This document shows positions 1-11,749 of a stretch of DNA of 64,000 nucleotides, piece by piece. The notes under the pieces were generated by a model. It did no database searches. It saw nothing but the letters and a program-made list of their open reading frames with translations, and was not told where the DNA came from. The number at the start of each line of letters is the position of its first letter. Positions within the stretch are counted from its first letter, which is position 1. The position numbers and the translations under genes are program-made. This DNA comes from Carpediemonas membranifera BICM (Eukaryota; Protista; Fornicata), in contig JAHDYR010000041.1 in NCBI GenBank assembly GCA_019828565.1, positions 111,665 through 175,664 on the forward strand, given 5' to 3'.

Positions 1-660
1 TTGGTACCAAAGCTCAGAAAAAGAGCTGACTTGGCTACCATCAAGCCTGATTCCCCCGTCAAGAAGCTTAATTTTGATGCGCAGATGCATGAGCCTGCTC
101 AGAAGCGATCGAGGCTCGAAGAGGCTGACTTGAAGGAGGTTGCCGCGATGGTGACGGCTTCACTCTCCACAACTGTCACTGATCTCCTCAAGCAGTCACC
201 CAAGGCCGTTGAAATGAACGATAAGGTCCCCGCCCTCAAGCAAGCGACGTTTCTGAAGCTATATCAGCGTAAGTTACTGTTCGCATGCGCTGTTTGTGCC
301 TCACCTGAATGGTACTTCAACCCAAACATGAAAAGAAACGAGTATGAAACGTGCTATCTCTGCCATCAGTTCATGCATCTTCAGTGTGTCAGAGAGAAGA
401 GGATTGATGGTAAGAACAGAAAGGTTTGCGCAGCTTGCAGTCTGGCAGGAAGGTCTAACAGATGTCACGCGTGTATCAAGGACGGAGACAAGTCGACAAA
501 GGACACTGGCGTCTGCCGGGCGTGCCTAAACTGGTTCTGCGAAGAGAAACACTTCAGCTATGCTGAGTTCCATCTCGACGGCCAGGACTATCGTGTCAGG
601 TTCTGCGACCAGTGTATGACTGTCTACCAGAAGGTGGCGGATATGAAGCCAATTGAGTAA
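1..660 (+). CDS. Cys-rich PHD-like zinc-finger protein, 5'-truncated by the window
   Basis: CAVC..CYLC...MHLQC..CAAC (C4HC3 pattern) plus a second Cys cluster; paralog of 14501-15859 and 61485-62720. Confidence 0.75.
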   Translation: MVPKLRKRADLATIKPDSPVKKLNFDAQMHEPAQKRSRLEEADLKEVAAMVTASLSTTVTDLLKQSPKAVEMNDKVPALKQATFLKLYQRKLLFACAVCASPEWYFNPNMKRNEYETCYLCHQFMHLQCVREKRIDGKNRKVCAACSLAGRSNRCHACIKDGDKSTKDTGVCRACLNWFCEEKHFSYAEFHLDGQDYRVRFCDQCMTVYQKVADMKPIE

Positions 661-683
661 GTTAAATAGGGAGATTTTGAACT

Positions 684-1925
684 TTAAGTGTCTTCCAGTG
701 CCGCTCTGTGCGCAACTGTCATCTCAGTAATGTAGCGCGAGGCCATAACATCCGCCGGAGATCTCTGCAGTGGTCTATATGCAAGTACCTCAGAAACAAG
801 GTCGACCATCTCGGGAAGAGGGATTGGCGTGCGGAACTGAGTGGCTGTGAGGATCTCAATCGCGCCCGGGGTTATGGACATTGATCCATTCGCGATAACC
901 CGTCTCCCTGCTGTGCCAGGTGCGAGCCCATAGCCGGAGAAGTAACGCGAGACGAAGTGGAGCGGGTTGTCCATGCATGTAGTGCGGTAGAGCCAAAAGC
1001 AGTCCTGCAGGACGAGTTCGTTGGCAAGCATTTTCTCCGGAGTGAGAATGATGCACGTATGCTCGTATGCCTGGGTCGAAATGGACTGCTTAAGCAGAGA
1101 GAACTCGCTATTGTCCGCTCCGGTACAGGTGGCGAAGTAGATGAGCCGAACCCGGCTGGTGGTGACGAGGGATGGCTCACGGAAAGCGAAGAGGATCATC
1201 TGTACGATATCGTGAAGGTACAGGAACTCGTTAGCGCTCGCATTAACGATCATTCTCGACGTTGTGGTCTCGCTGTGGCCAGAAACAACCCAGAATGTCT
1301 CGAAATTGGCGAATTCTGCAGCCAACTGTTGCAGTATGGAGCCGAGGTGGGTCGTCGAGACGAAACTGACGGCAACCGTGGTGAGCCACTCGTCGCTGAC
1401 GAGATCGAGGATGGCCTTCATGCGCTTGTGGTACCCCTCGGAGCCAGCAAGCCCGGTGACAGTGAAGACCGGGTTCGCACAAGTAGGTGCTTCGAAGCCA
1501 TGGACTGGCTCGAGCAGGATAACGATGCGGCGGTTCACAAGCTTGCTCAGGGTGAAGGGGCAGTCATGCGTGTACCTGATTCCGTCATATTCCTTCAGGC
1601 CCTGGTTGCGAAGGTCAGAACGCGGCCTAGTGATTCCACAGACGCATTCATACGTGAGAGGATGGTCGCTGATGCGTCTGGTACCGAATTTGCCAAATTT
1701 CCTCTCCATTTGGCAACTACCACTTTTTTTTTCCAACACTGGTAGTTGGCCGAACCAGCTATAGGGAAGGATATGGACCACAATAAGCAAGCATTCTGGT
1801 GTTACAGATAAGATATTGTATGTGTGTCCTTTACGGTGTGAGACGGCCCCATCAATCCCGAGAAATACCGCGTGTCCGTTTGCAAAAAAAAAATCAGATG
1901 GCGAGAAGAAAGGCGCTCCCACCAA
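684..1925 (-). CDS. Hypothetical protein with possible caspase/CHAT-like (clan CD) peptidase fold; true start uncertain
   Basis: Long ORF; hydrophobic strand + SGHS and hydrophobic strand + FATC resemble the His/Cys dyad motifs. Confidence 0.45.
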   Translation of the reverse strand: MVGAPFFSPSDFFFANGHAVFLGIDGAVSHRKGHTYNILSVTPECLLIVVHILPYSWFGQLPVLEKKSGSCQMERKFGKFGTRRISDHPLTYECVCGITRPRSDLRNQGLKEYDGIRYTHDCPFTLSKLVNRRIVILLEPVHGFEAPTCANPVFTVTGLAGSEGYHKRMKAILDLVSDEWLTTVAVSFVSTTHLGSILQQLAAEFANFETFWVVSGHSETTTSRMIVNASANEFLYLHDIVQMILFAFREPSLVTTSRVRLIYFATCTGADNSEFSLLKQSISTQAYEHTCIILTPEKMLANELVLQDCFWLYRTTCMDNPLHFVSRYFSGYGLAPGTAGRRVIANGSMSITPGAIEILTATQFRTPIPLPEMVDLVSEVLAYRPLQRSPADVMASRYITEMTVAHRAALEDT

Positions 1926-2709
1926 AGCCGCAGCCTGGGGGGTATCAGAATACCCATTACGTCCACTGCGGGCAAGACGCCGCCGTCTGCGCCTTCAAAT
2001 GATTCTCAGGAGGATTCCTCAAGCGAAGATTCCATCATTGAATCCGTTGTGCATACTCAGGCACTGCATCCGGATCTGGTCGCCGCGATCTACCCAAACA
2101 CTCCCGAGGAGTCGATCAGGGGAGCTTAAAGAGGCCGAGAAGGACCTTCCTCCCCTCGAACCCCCGAGTTGGTTATCCACCCGGCTGACCCACCCCTCCA
2201 TTGCCGTTGAGGTGCAGCCTTGTCTGGCTCCCCGACCACACGGACGTGGGTAGAGGCCTCATTGCAACTGCCGCAATTGAGCCCGGAAAGCTCCTCGGCA
2301 TTTACGCCGGTAGGATTGTGTCCGACGAGGACTACCACGCGAATAACAGCAACATGGTGTTTGTTCATTGTTCATTATGCCTTTACACAGCATTTCATTC
2401 GACGCTAGCAACATTCACGTCGACGCCGGCGAAGGTGAAGGCATTGGTGTACACCTCATCAACCACAGTGAGAGTGACACCAACTGCCAGTTCACCAACC
2501 GTTTGCTCAAGGACCTTCCAGTCCTTGCGGTTGAGTCGACGAACGTCATTCAGGCCGAAGAGTTTCTTCGTATCAGTTACGGCGAGATCTTCTTTGATGC
2601 GGGTGAGGTCTTAACCATTGCTAGGTTCCCGAGTCTGCCCATTTCTCATCCAAACTATCTCACAAGGTTCCTGGAGCAGTATCCGGCACTCAAGAAGCGG
2701 AAGAAATGA
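1898..2709 (+). CDS. SET-domain protein, spliced and/or frameshifted; probable 32-nt intron at 2359-2390
   Basis: GRGLIAT..IEPG..LGIYAG, LINHS...NC, EEFLRISYG. Removing GTTTG..ACAG (2359-2390) fuses the two ORFs in frame. The 5' structure is uncertain. Confidence 0.7.
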
Positions 2710-2735
2710 ATTAAAATGTCAAAACATCTCTTTTT

Positions 2736-4864
2736 TTACTCGGGAACTCCACGCTTAACGTCCTCGGCATCAACAACTCTCTTTTCGCGATCCTTATCGA
2801 CTGCCTTGCGCTTGATATAAGTCGTATGAGCCTTTCTCTTACCACCCTTTGAACGTTTGCGGACAAATAGCGTCGCATGCTCATCCTTGACGACCACAAT
2901 AGCTTGCGCCGCAGCCACATCTTCATCAGATCCACGCCGGACCATGCCGGACTCATAAACTTCCGTCAAATGCATCCGCACAATATACTTGTCATGGTAC
3001 GTCAACATCTTGACCCAGATAACGACTACAGTCTTGCTCTTCAGAGCTGACCAGGCCATGACACCAAGGTTGCTGTACCAATCAGTGGCATCGTCGAACA
3101 TCAGGGTGGGCACGAACACGTTAGACGTCTCAAGCCTCAGCCTCTCGCCAGCATCGGAGAATCCCCAGGCGCGCACCTCCTCCCTCACTGCTGCCACTTC
3201 CTCTGCCGCAAACTTCTTGTCGAACTCGCCATTCTCAACCTTCTGCAGGCAGTAGCCGATGCACAATCCATCCGGGTTGACTGCAATCTTCCGCCAACTC
3301 TTACGATCTTTGAGAACTCGCTCGCCTACCTTGTCGTACTCCACGTCGATGTACTTCTGCCTATCAACGTCGCTCCGTAAGTATATCTGCATAGGGGGAA
3401 CATTGGCAGGCGTCGGAGAGTGCTGTTTGATGATAGCCTTCATCTCTGGCGACAGACCGAGGTCGAGAGGTGGGACCGTTATGAACTTCTGGCCCCCGTA
3501 CCTCATCATGGTGCTATTGATCCGAGTCCATAAGGCTCCAGTCACATTGTTCCTCTGGAACAGTACCATCAAGGCAGCGAGAGGAACGTAGCGGTCAAGC
3601 TCCACTGTTGCCTCCTCGGCGCGCCTGACAAGCTCAGCCCAGTTGTCCTCGAGTTCATCGGCGAGCGCTTCAAGCCCAGCCTCACTCGCCCGTGCCAACT
3701 CTGCTTGAGTAAACTGATGGATCGCCTGATCCTCGGCCTTCTGCTGACCTAACTCAGCTTCAAGTCTCTTCTGGGACTCCTCAGACTCTCTGTTAGCCTG
3801 TTCAAGCGCCTCCCTCGCCTCCCTCTCCTCAGCAAGCCGTTTTTATCAAGGGCTCGTACTGCTCCAACAAGCGCACAGACTCAGGGACATCATCAAGGCC
3901 TGCAATGGTGTCGTCTAGCTGCTGAAGGAGAGAACCAACGGTGTCTGTGTCGTCCACATCAGACTCTACGTCGATGTCTTGATCAGTCTGGGGCAAAGGA
4001 ACGCCGTCACCCCTGCATGGCGGCCGGTTCAGAGTGGTCATCAGACTCGGACTCGTCAGTGTCGGAAAATTCATCGTGTGTCGTGGACTCTGCGTCGACA
4101 ACCGGAAGCGGCTGAGGGGCAGCAACGACGGCAGAAGGCTTGGTGGCTGCTGCTGAGTGGTCCTGGGCCCGGACTAACTCCTCTTGGACCTTCATCAGAG
4201 CAGCAGTCGATGAGGCGAGCTCCTTCTCAAGACGAGCGATCTTCCTCTTCAGAGGAGCTGACGGATCGAGCGAACCGATCTTAGCCAACTCCTCGGCCAG
4301 CTTCTCTGAGCCAGCGAAGGACAGCTTCTTGCTGAGCTGGGCGTGGGCGATAAACTGGCCAAATTGGCCTGCCGGAACACGAGAATCGAGTTTCTTCGAG
4401 TCCTTGTGGCGCAACACAAGGTGGAATGCGCGGTAAATCTCAACCTGCTTCTCAACAGGGAGCGAGTCGACGCCGACTAGAGCCTTATGAACAGATTTGG
4501 CGGTGAAGTGGTCACAAAACTTCCGTCGGAATGCCTCAATTGTGTCGGGAGAGTCAAAGTCGACCTCGCAGAGGTAGTTGCGGTTAGTTGCGTCACATAT
4601 CGCGCGTAGTTTGGCAACTCCATAGTCGTGAACGTGCTGGCTTAAAGTGCGCTTCAACGGGAACCCGAAAACAACGTTGATCGTACGAATGCTGATCAGA
4701 CGGACGCAAACGAAGAACAGAGGGTCATCAGAGACGATGCCGTGATCTTGCAGCCAGGTTATACGGCTCTTTGTGGACGAAAGGGCGTCGTATGCACGGA
4801 ATGAATCATCTGTGTAAATAGGACCGTGAAAATGAAAGTGACATACCAGAATCGTCAGGAGCAA
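2736..4864 (-). CDS. Large coiled-coil/acidic protein with C-terminal OTU-like cysteine protease domain (frame-broken; ORFs 4007-4864, 3829-4125, 2736-3698)
   Basis: VNPDGLCIGYCL ... DEHATLF; paralogous to the OTU-like proteins of A and C. Confidence 0.55.
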
Positions 4865-5667
4865 GCATTGTCTCCTTCAGTTTGCCGAGAGAGATGATGT
4901 CTTCGTTAACCATTGTCAATTTGGTCCTCAGAAGACTTTCTCGAAAAATGAAATACGTTTTATCTCAATAAATATTGCCAGCTGTCATGTAAATACCTCC
5001 GATCAGCCATAAAGACCCAAGAGCTACCCCTTGGCCGATTTTTCAGCTCATTCTGCACCTGCGCTGTTTTGGCCGTTTTTCGATGGGCATCTCATCGCTC
5101 CATTTTCGATTTTGTCAATTTGGTCCTCAGAGGACACAGATTAAATTTTTCAGTGTCCTCTGAGGACAACATTGACAGGATTGTAGCTTATCCAGAACTT
5201 GGAGGTGGCCAGAAACTGAAATCGCTGAAAAGCTCAGAGACGTCGTTATATCATCTATAACGGCATCTCTGAGCTTTTGGGCGCACGGTTTCATCCTGAC
5301 GTGGAGATCGATGGTGGTGAAAATGAAGAATTGACTAGGAGAGCTCTACGCTTGCATGCAGCCTTCTATTAGGTTGTTGATGTTGGTTATATGCTTCTTT
5401 TTCGTTCTCGATGCGTGTGGATGAGTATTCTGTTGCAAGATTCATTTTGATGGACTGATGTTGGTTATAGAGGATAAAGGCACCAGAATGGATCATATGC
5501 ATGCTATAAACCCGTTCTGTGCCGTTGGAATACCATAGCTGCGCAGCAATGTCGAGAGTCACAGTTCATTTCACATTTTCACACGCATTTTAAGGAAACA
5601 ACGATGGCAAGAAGTAAACAAGGCAATATACAGGCCACTGAAGCTCAAAAGGAGAGGAGAATGGCTC

Positions 5668-6366
5668 TTGGCAAGAAAGCGCAGCAAAAAGAGCCAGAGC
5701 AAGTCCAACAAGTCCACGAAAACAGCCCGAAAAGCTCACAAGACGCCCATCGAGATCGTTCAGACCTTTATCAGCAATTTCCTCCTTAATAATGACGATA
5801 TTACCCGCGCAAACGGATGGGTTGTCGACTTCAGCCAGAAGTTTGCCGCCGAGGTCCCTAAAATGAAAGTAGCCTCCTTGAAGAAGGACAAGCTCTACGG
5901 CAATCTCCAGTCGGTCGAAGAGATCAGCCGCAAGTGGCAGGGAGGCGGTGATGAGGACAAGTGTCACCGCTTCAAGGCTCTCCTCAGTCTTGACGCCCAG
6001 ACAGATGAGCTGGACACGGACGACCCACTCATCGCGACTGTCCGCGAGATGGATGATGCCTTTCACCGCATTCCCATCGCCTACCGGGCTAAGGTCCATG
6101 CCTTCGCTGCTTCATCGTGCGGTGTGACGGTCGATGACGTCAAGCTCGTCCTGAGCAAGCCTTGCCGTGACCGCGACGCGGATCTCATCTTCGCCAGACC
6201 CACCAGAGTTCTGAAGAAGGAGGCTAAGACACTCAGTCAGCTCACTTCTGTCATTGCCAAGCGGAATGCGGAACGTGCTGAGGCTGAATCGCGTGATGTG
6301 CTGCGTCGCAAGGTATACCAAGCCATCATGAATTACTACTTAGAGTGTTCGGCACAGGAGCTATAA
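5668..6366 (+). CDS. Hypothetical basic protein (~232 aa)
   Basis: ORF with coding-like codon usage; no recognised domain. Confidence 0.6.
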   Translation: MARKRSKKSQSKSNKSTKTARKAHKTPIEIVQTFISNFLLNNDDITRANGWVVDFSQKFAAEVPKMKVASLKKDKLYGNLQSVEEISRKWQGGGDEDKCHRFKALLSLDAQTDELDTDDPLIATVREMDDAFHRIPIAYRAKVHAFAASSCGVTVDDVKLVLSKPCRDRDADLIFARPTRVLKKEAKTLSQLTSVIAKRNAERAEAESRDVLRRKVYQAIMNYYLECSAQEL

Positions 6367-6427
6367 ATTCTTGTTTTATTTTCATTTCATTTACACTTCT
6401 TCGTCATCCTCAACGGAAATATTCCAT

Positions 6428-7317
6428 TCACTGTCCCAGAAGTTGGCTTTTCTTCTCCTTACGCATCTCGGTCCTCGTTTCCTTGATCTCTTTGACCAGC
6501 GTGAAAGAACGAAGGTTGTAATGGCGGATAATCATCAACTTCTGCCTGATGCGGGTGACGTTAGGCCGTTTTGCCGCACGTTCACGGCGCACGGACACAC
6601 GGGTGCGTTCCACGAACGAGTCAACACTCCTCTTGTCGGAGGCAGGCATCCCATGAGCGTGCTGATCAAGTCTATTACCATGGTTGGTCACGCGGATCAA
6701 CGTAGAGCCTTGCATTATCATCCCACAGCACTCTGTCAGGCTCTTGCCGAGGTTGGTCCACTTGTTGGGACCCATCGTGCCCTCCATCGTGACAATGGCA
6801 AGTGGGTTGCCCCCCGTGTCCACCAGCTGCTCGACCTGCGACGGGTCCGATGACTCCTTGAGGCCAAAGGACGCATACATGTCCTGGAGTCGCTTGTCGC
6901 ACTGCAGTCGGACGAGTTCTTCGGCAGATGCTATGCTAAGAAGCACCCTCGCGAACCCAAGACCTCTGCAGGAGACGGCTGTCCGTAAGCCGATGACAAA
7001 CCGCTCCTGGTGCAGTTGTCCGCTCAGGGTCTGCCCCTCCCTGTACGACTCGCGGAAGAGAAGGCATGCAGCCTTGATGTTGTCCATCTCAACCCCACGA
7101 ATTGCGATGAGACTGTGTTAACAAGAAGTGTAGTGGGTCTGACATACATGACGAATGAGTAGTTCAGACAGTCGAGGTTCGAAGTCGCCAGATCTCTGTT
7201 GAAGAAGGCCCTGACAGACGGCAAGAGCTCAGACTTGTCTGAAAGCTTGACATATTGAATATAGGCCTTGTGTTGCGATAAATTCATCGTCAGCCATGTC
7301 GGAAGTGGCGTTTCCAT
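6428..7317 (-). CDS. Hypothetical 284-aa protein downstream of the B transposase; 35-nt intron at 7113-7147
   Basis: Removing the GTATGT...ACAG intron joins ORF 7024-7317 in frame to ORF 6428-7087. Confidence 0.75.
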
Positions 7318-7436
7318 TGTTTTTCACCAAACAAGTGACGTAATGTGAAAATTGTGAAACTACCAATGTTGAAAAAAAATTGGTAGTTGGGGGAAACACA
7401 CCAAATGGGATGTACTGACCAATAAAACTCCTTTAC

Positions 7437-9979
7437 TCACTGCTCAGCGCGTGCATGACCGCAAATGCAGCAAACAAGCTCCTCACCCATGTCTGCCAAC
7501 TCGCAAACCATCACCCCAGACTCTTCGTCCCATGCCAAAGCCGTATAATCGTTGACGTACTGCCACATCTCGTCAACGAGCTCCTGGAAGAGGCGCACCA
7601 CCGCCGCCGTGGCATGGAATTGGTGCCTTGCCTCCATGTGGCTGCGAATGGCGAACCATGAGCGAGCTTGTCTGCAGCATTGGTGGACTCGGACACGACG
7701 AAGCCTGTTCAGCGGGGGGACTGAGTAGTCCTGGCGACCGAACGAGCGAATACCCGTTAAGAACGTGCAGATGAGGGTGGTCTGCTCGGTCAAACACAGC
7801 TTCTCGATCATGGCCGACCTGTGCAACTCGGCTCGGACCTCCTGGTTCTTGATGAACTCTCTCTCAAAGAACTCCTCGAGGAGGTAAAAAAAGAGGAATG
7901 CGGAGATGATCGTGAAGAAGAGGCTGGGCAGTGAGCCTGCTGTTGACATAGAGTGTCTGGGCACATGGCTTCTCCGCCTTGTCTGCTTGCCCAGGAGGGA
8001 GCAACGCCAGCTTTGTCTGGTGTGCCTGCAGACTGAGCATGACGTGGAACAGGTGGCACATGGACGCGGCCAAGAAGTGGAATGCGACTTTGCTGTCGGT
8101 GACAGGCTCGGTTGAGTAGTAAAGAGCCTGGAGATAGCCAATGAGTCGCACAATATCTTGGACGGACTCAGGAAGAGCCTCGTAATCCTCGTTCGTGGTG
8201 TTCGCCATGCGAACTCTGGCAGCAGACTGCTCGTTGCACCCGACAGTGCGGTCAATACTGCGGTTGGATGACATGCGCTGGAGCTTGCGCTTGTCTACGG
8301 CAGTTGCGTTCCGATCAGCGGGGAAGCTGGCGCATAGCCGTGCCACTTGCTCGAGCAGGCGGTGCGAGTTGTGCATGATCGGAGGACAAAAGACAACTCG
8401 CTCCGTGTGGATGACTCGGGGCTCTGGCCGGTTCTCGAAGATGGCCCTCTTGTCGGAGAAGTTGCCATACTCCTCTTTCGGGTCCTGCACACGGTCGGGG
8501 TCGGCCTGCACGGCGTGGAACGCTGCCTTCTGCTCGAGCAAATCATGCAAGGTGACCCGAGAGTGCGCCGGAATGGGGTGCAGCGCCTTGTGGTCTCGAC
8601 GGATGCTGTTGAAGGGCTGGGGATAGTGCCCTCCATTACCCTCGATGCCGGATGACAGCTTCCTGATGGCCGCGTGATCGCCCATGACGATGACTTGGTC
8701 GAAGGTGGTGACCTGGTCAGTTCCTCTGATCGGTATGAGGGCTTGATAGATCCGCTCGACTTCTTCCTCAACGAGTTGAAGGTTTCCCTCCTCCGTCAGC
8801 TCCTTCTCACCGGCAAGACACTCAACGAGTCGGAAGGGGGGGAGTGATGCGGTTAGGGAACGTGAAGCCTGACGGGTCGTAGATGCGGATCTTGAACGTT
8901 GCGGTATGTCCCTTCCATGCGTCGAGCCACAGGAGTAGTTTTAGTGGTTGGAACTCGACATGGCCTGGGTCCTGAAGGGCACGAGAGCAACGCTCGAAGT
9001 TCGTCTGGTCAGACTCGAGCCACTCCGGGTGAAGCACTGCCTGCTGCAGATAGTACACGCCATCAAACCACACCGTTTCCACCTTGTCCCAGGTCGAGCT
9101 GTTCAGTCGCTTGCCCAGATGGGCGATACCTACACTGCCTTTGAGGGACTGGTAGTGCTGGACAGCGTCGGATTCGCTGTCATAGTGGAGGGTGAGCGTC
9201 GGTCGCTCCCAAGTGTGGTCGGCGACGAGGTCGTGGTCGAAAAACGGAGTCGGCTCGGCTCCGTCGGCTACAGTCAAACGGTTCGTGAGCTCAAGTCGCG
9301 ACTGCGTGCCGGACATGGTACGCCGCCATGTTGTATTGCCTGAGACCGACCTGCACGGCACGAGATGCTTGACGAAGGCGCGCTCCTCCTCAGTGAGGGC
9401 CTCTGAGACACCAGATATTCTGGTCATGTCAATGCCAAGGTCCTTAATGAGCACCTCCGCGGTCTTGTTCTTCGAGATCGGCTTTCCAAGCCGGCGGGAG
9501 ATGTTGTTGATGAGCTTAAAGAGCTCTTGGGTCGAGTTGAAGCCATTGCGGACGTACATCAGGATCGATGTGAGATCCATGATCTCAGAAAAGTTGGCGG
9601 AGCGCTCCTCTGAGTCGTTGTAGTCCTGCACAGCACGCTCCTGGATGGCGTGGGTGCGGTAATCGTCCCGTACGAAGACAGGGGTGAGGAGGGTGTTGAT
9701 TTCCGTGTGCGGTTGCGGCACGTTGGAAGGGACGGGAGTCTGCTGGAGGGCGGAAGAACCTTGCGTCGTGAATGCGCTGGGAGATCAGGTCCGCCTCCTC
9801 CATCTCGCGGACGAGCTGGCAGAATTGCTCGCGCTGAGGTCTTGTTCTGGCGGAGTTGAGGCCAATTCCGACCATGGCGAAGTAGGTACAGCCAAGAAGG
9901 TAATTCATGCGCTCAACTGAGCGTGGCTGGTCATCATATATTGTACCGATGTGGCTCTCGAACACAATATGAGCAACCA
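7437..9979 (-). pseudogene. Element B copy 1 transposase, split by ~3 single-base indels (possibly sequencing errors)
   Basis: Near-identical to 40631-43171; indels at ~9680, ~8840 and ~7890, in or beside homopolymers. Confidence 0.8.
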
Positions 9980-10521
9980 TGATTTCTGTAGAGTTTAAAA
10001 AAACAAGATTTTTGTACAAAAACTAGGCAGGTACATGCGCAACGGTCTGTGAGATAAATCAGACAATTTGGCTGTTGCTATAGCTCTATAAGAGCAGCTA
10101 CAACTGCGCTGCCGGGGTTCCTTCTTCTTCTCTGGCCGTTTCAACACTATTTCACAATTTCACCAGTTTCACACAATTGGTGAAACAATGTTCAGAACTC
10201 CTTCAGTTTATGGACGTTGGCTCCGAAACTAAAGCAGTGTGTGTATGAGAGTGCCTGATTAAGATTCATCTGATTTTCATCTGCATTACTTGCGAATTTG
10301 CTGTTGTGCTCCTTGTGCACAAAAAAAGCAAATCTGGATTTGATCTCGAATATTGCCATGATGAAGGCGACACAAAATGCTCATTTGCCAACCAGTGCAG
10401 CTAGAAGAAAATGGTAAAAAGTTATGGATACTGCATGGGATGAGGCCCCCGTTGATGTGTTAAACGGCCATGATCGACCGCTCAACGTCAGCGCCTCTTT
10501 GGGCACCTTCTGCGGCGGTGG

Positions 10522-10590
10522 CATACTGTCTCCGGGGGGGGGTGAGGTACCCACCTCGAATGGGTACCTTACCCATGGGTAAGGTACCCA
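10522..10590 (+). repeat. Left TIR of element A, containing a perfect 30-bp palindrome (10561-10590)
   Basis: Reverse complement of 34894-34961 apart from G-run length (9 vs 8). Confidence 0.95.
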
Positions 10591-11749
10591 CCGTATCTCG
10601 AATCTTTTCTAGATACGGTCCCGAAAAACCACCAACCAAGGCCGCCAGTTTTTTTTCCTGCAAGAGCTCAAGTCCGGTCTATGACTGTTCTAGAGCTGCC
10701 CACGCGGTCCCCTACACTCACATAGCAACAGTAGAGTGAGTCCAGTGCAATTACGTTGATACATGCGGAGATATAACAACCGGACAAAAAAATACAAACA
10801 TGCTGCGTCATCGCTCTATGGTCTATGACAGGTCTACAAGCCGCTTCTGCCGCCCTGAAAACGTCCCTGACGCTTCATCGTCGAATCGTCAGATTTGACA
10901 CATTGATGTGATCAAAATGGATTTGATAGACATGGGTCCAGATCCTGCAGTTGGCCATCCTGAAGCGCTAGGGCGGCCTGCAGACCGCAGCAATGCCTCT
11001 GCTGAATGCCCTTCATGCCTGACGGACAGGACGCGCGTTGACTCAAAAGGACTGCATGTTTCGGCATCAGAAGAAGGCTTGAAATACAACGGAGTCATCG
11101 CCGAACCGCTCCGACCAAGTCGGTTATTAGGACATCGCGTTCAAACGCCCTCTGCAATTACCAAGTCAATAGATGGGAGTCGACCTGATGAGCACGTCAT
11201 TTTGGGCCCCATGTGACCCTATAGCTGAGCTTGGCTGGGCGCTGCTGCGGCCATGGGCCGCTAGTGCCCTTACTGGCTCGTTTCTCCTCGTATAGCGGCC
11301 GTAGAGGTCTGGTCTGAGCCTCGTTATAATAGTCTGCCCGAGTAGAGTCCAGCCATACCATAAATGCCCCCCATTCCCCCCCTCCCGGTCGCTCATACCT
11401 CCAAAATGGCCTATATTCCCTGTAGGGAGATTAATAAGGGCGGATTTCCCATAAGTCGTGGCATAGAGGGAAGAGACTTTGTACACAGCCTCCTGATCGT
11501 GGGTTCAATTTTCACCGGGAGCAATATGCTCTTTTTGGCAGACAACGCCGCTCCGAGCTCTATCGCGCCCAGCGGTGCCTGCAGCGGCCAGAACAGAGCT
11601 AGAATTCGGGTGATTTTTAATCTCGATCGAAATGCTGCTGAAGCGGGGATGCAGAGTCTGAAAAGACCCATCTCCCTGTCCGATCTGGATACCCCTGACG
11701 ACAGATGGAATGACTGAAGCTGTAAACATATCCATTGACTCTGAATCTT

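Larger units (their letters stand above)
1..10521 (-). mobile_element. Element B copy 1, body (its terminus is the displaced piece 34962-35503); left limit not seen
   Basis: ~6490-10521 matches copy 2 directly. 1-6490 is assigned by inference: it holds PHD-, SET- and OTU-like paralogs of the A/C cargo, and no second CATACTGT end was found. Confidence 0.65.

Noticed and set aside
7437-9979. Programmed frameshifting in the transposase or other genes
   Set aside because: Copy 2 is intact and the indels fall in homopolymers, which fits sequencing error or decay better.
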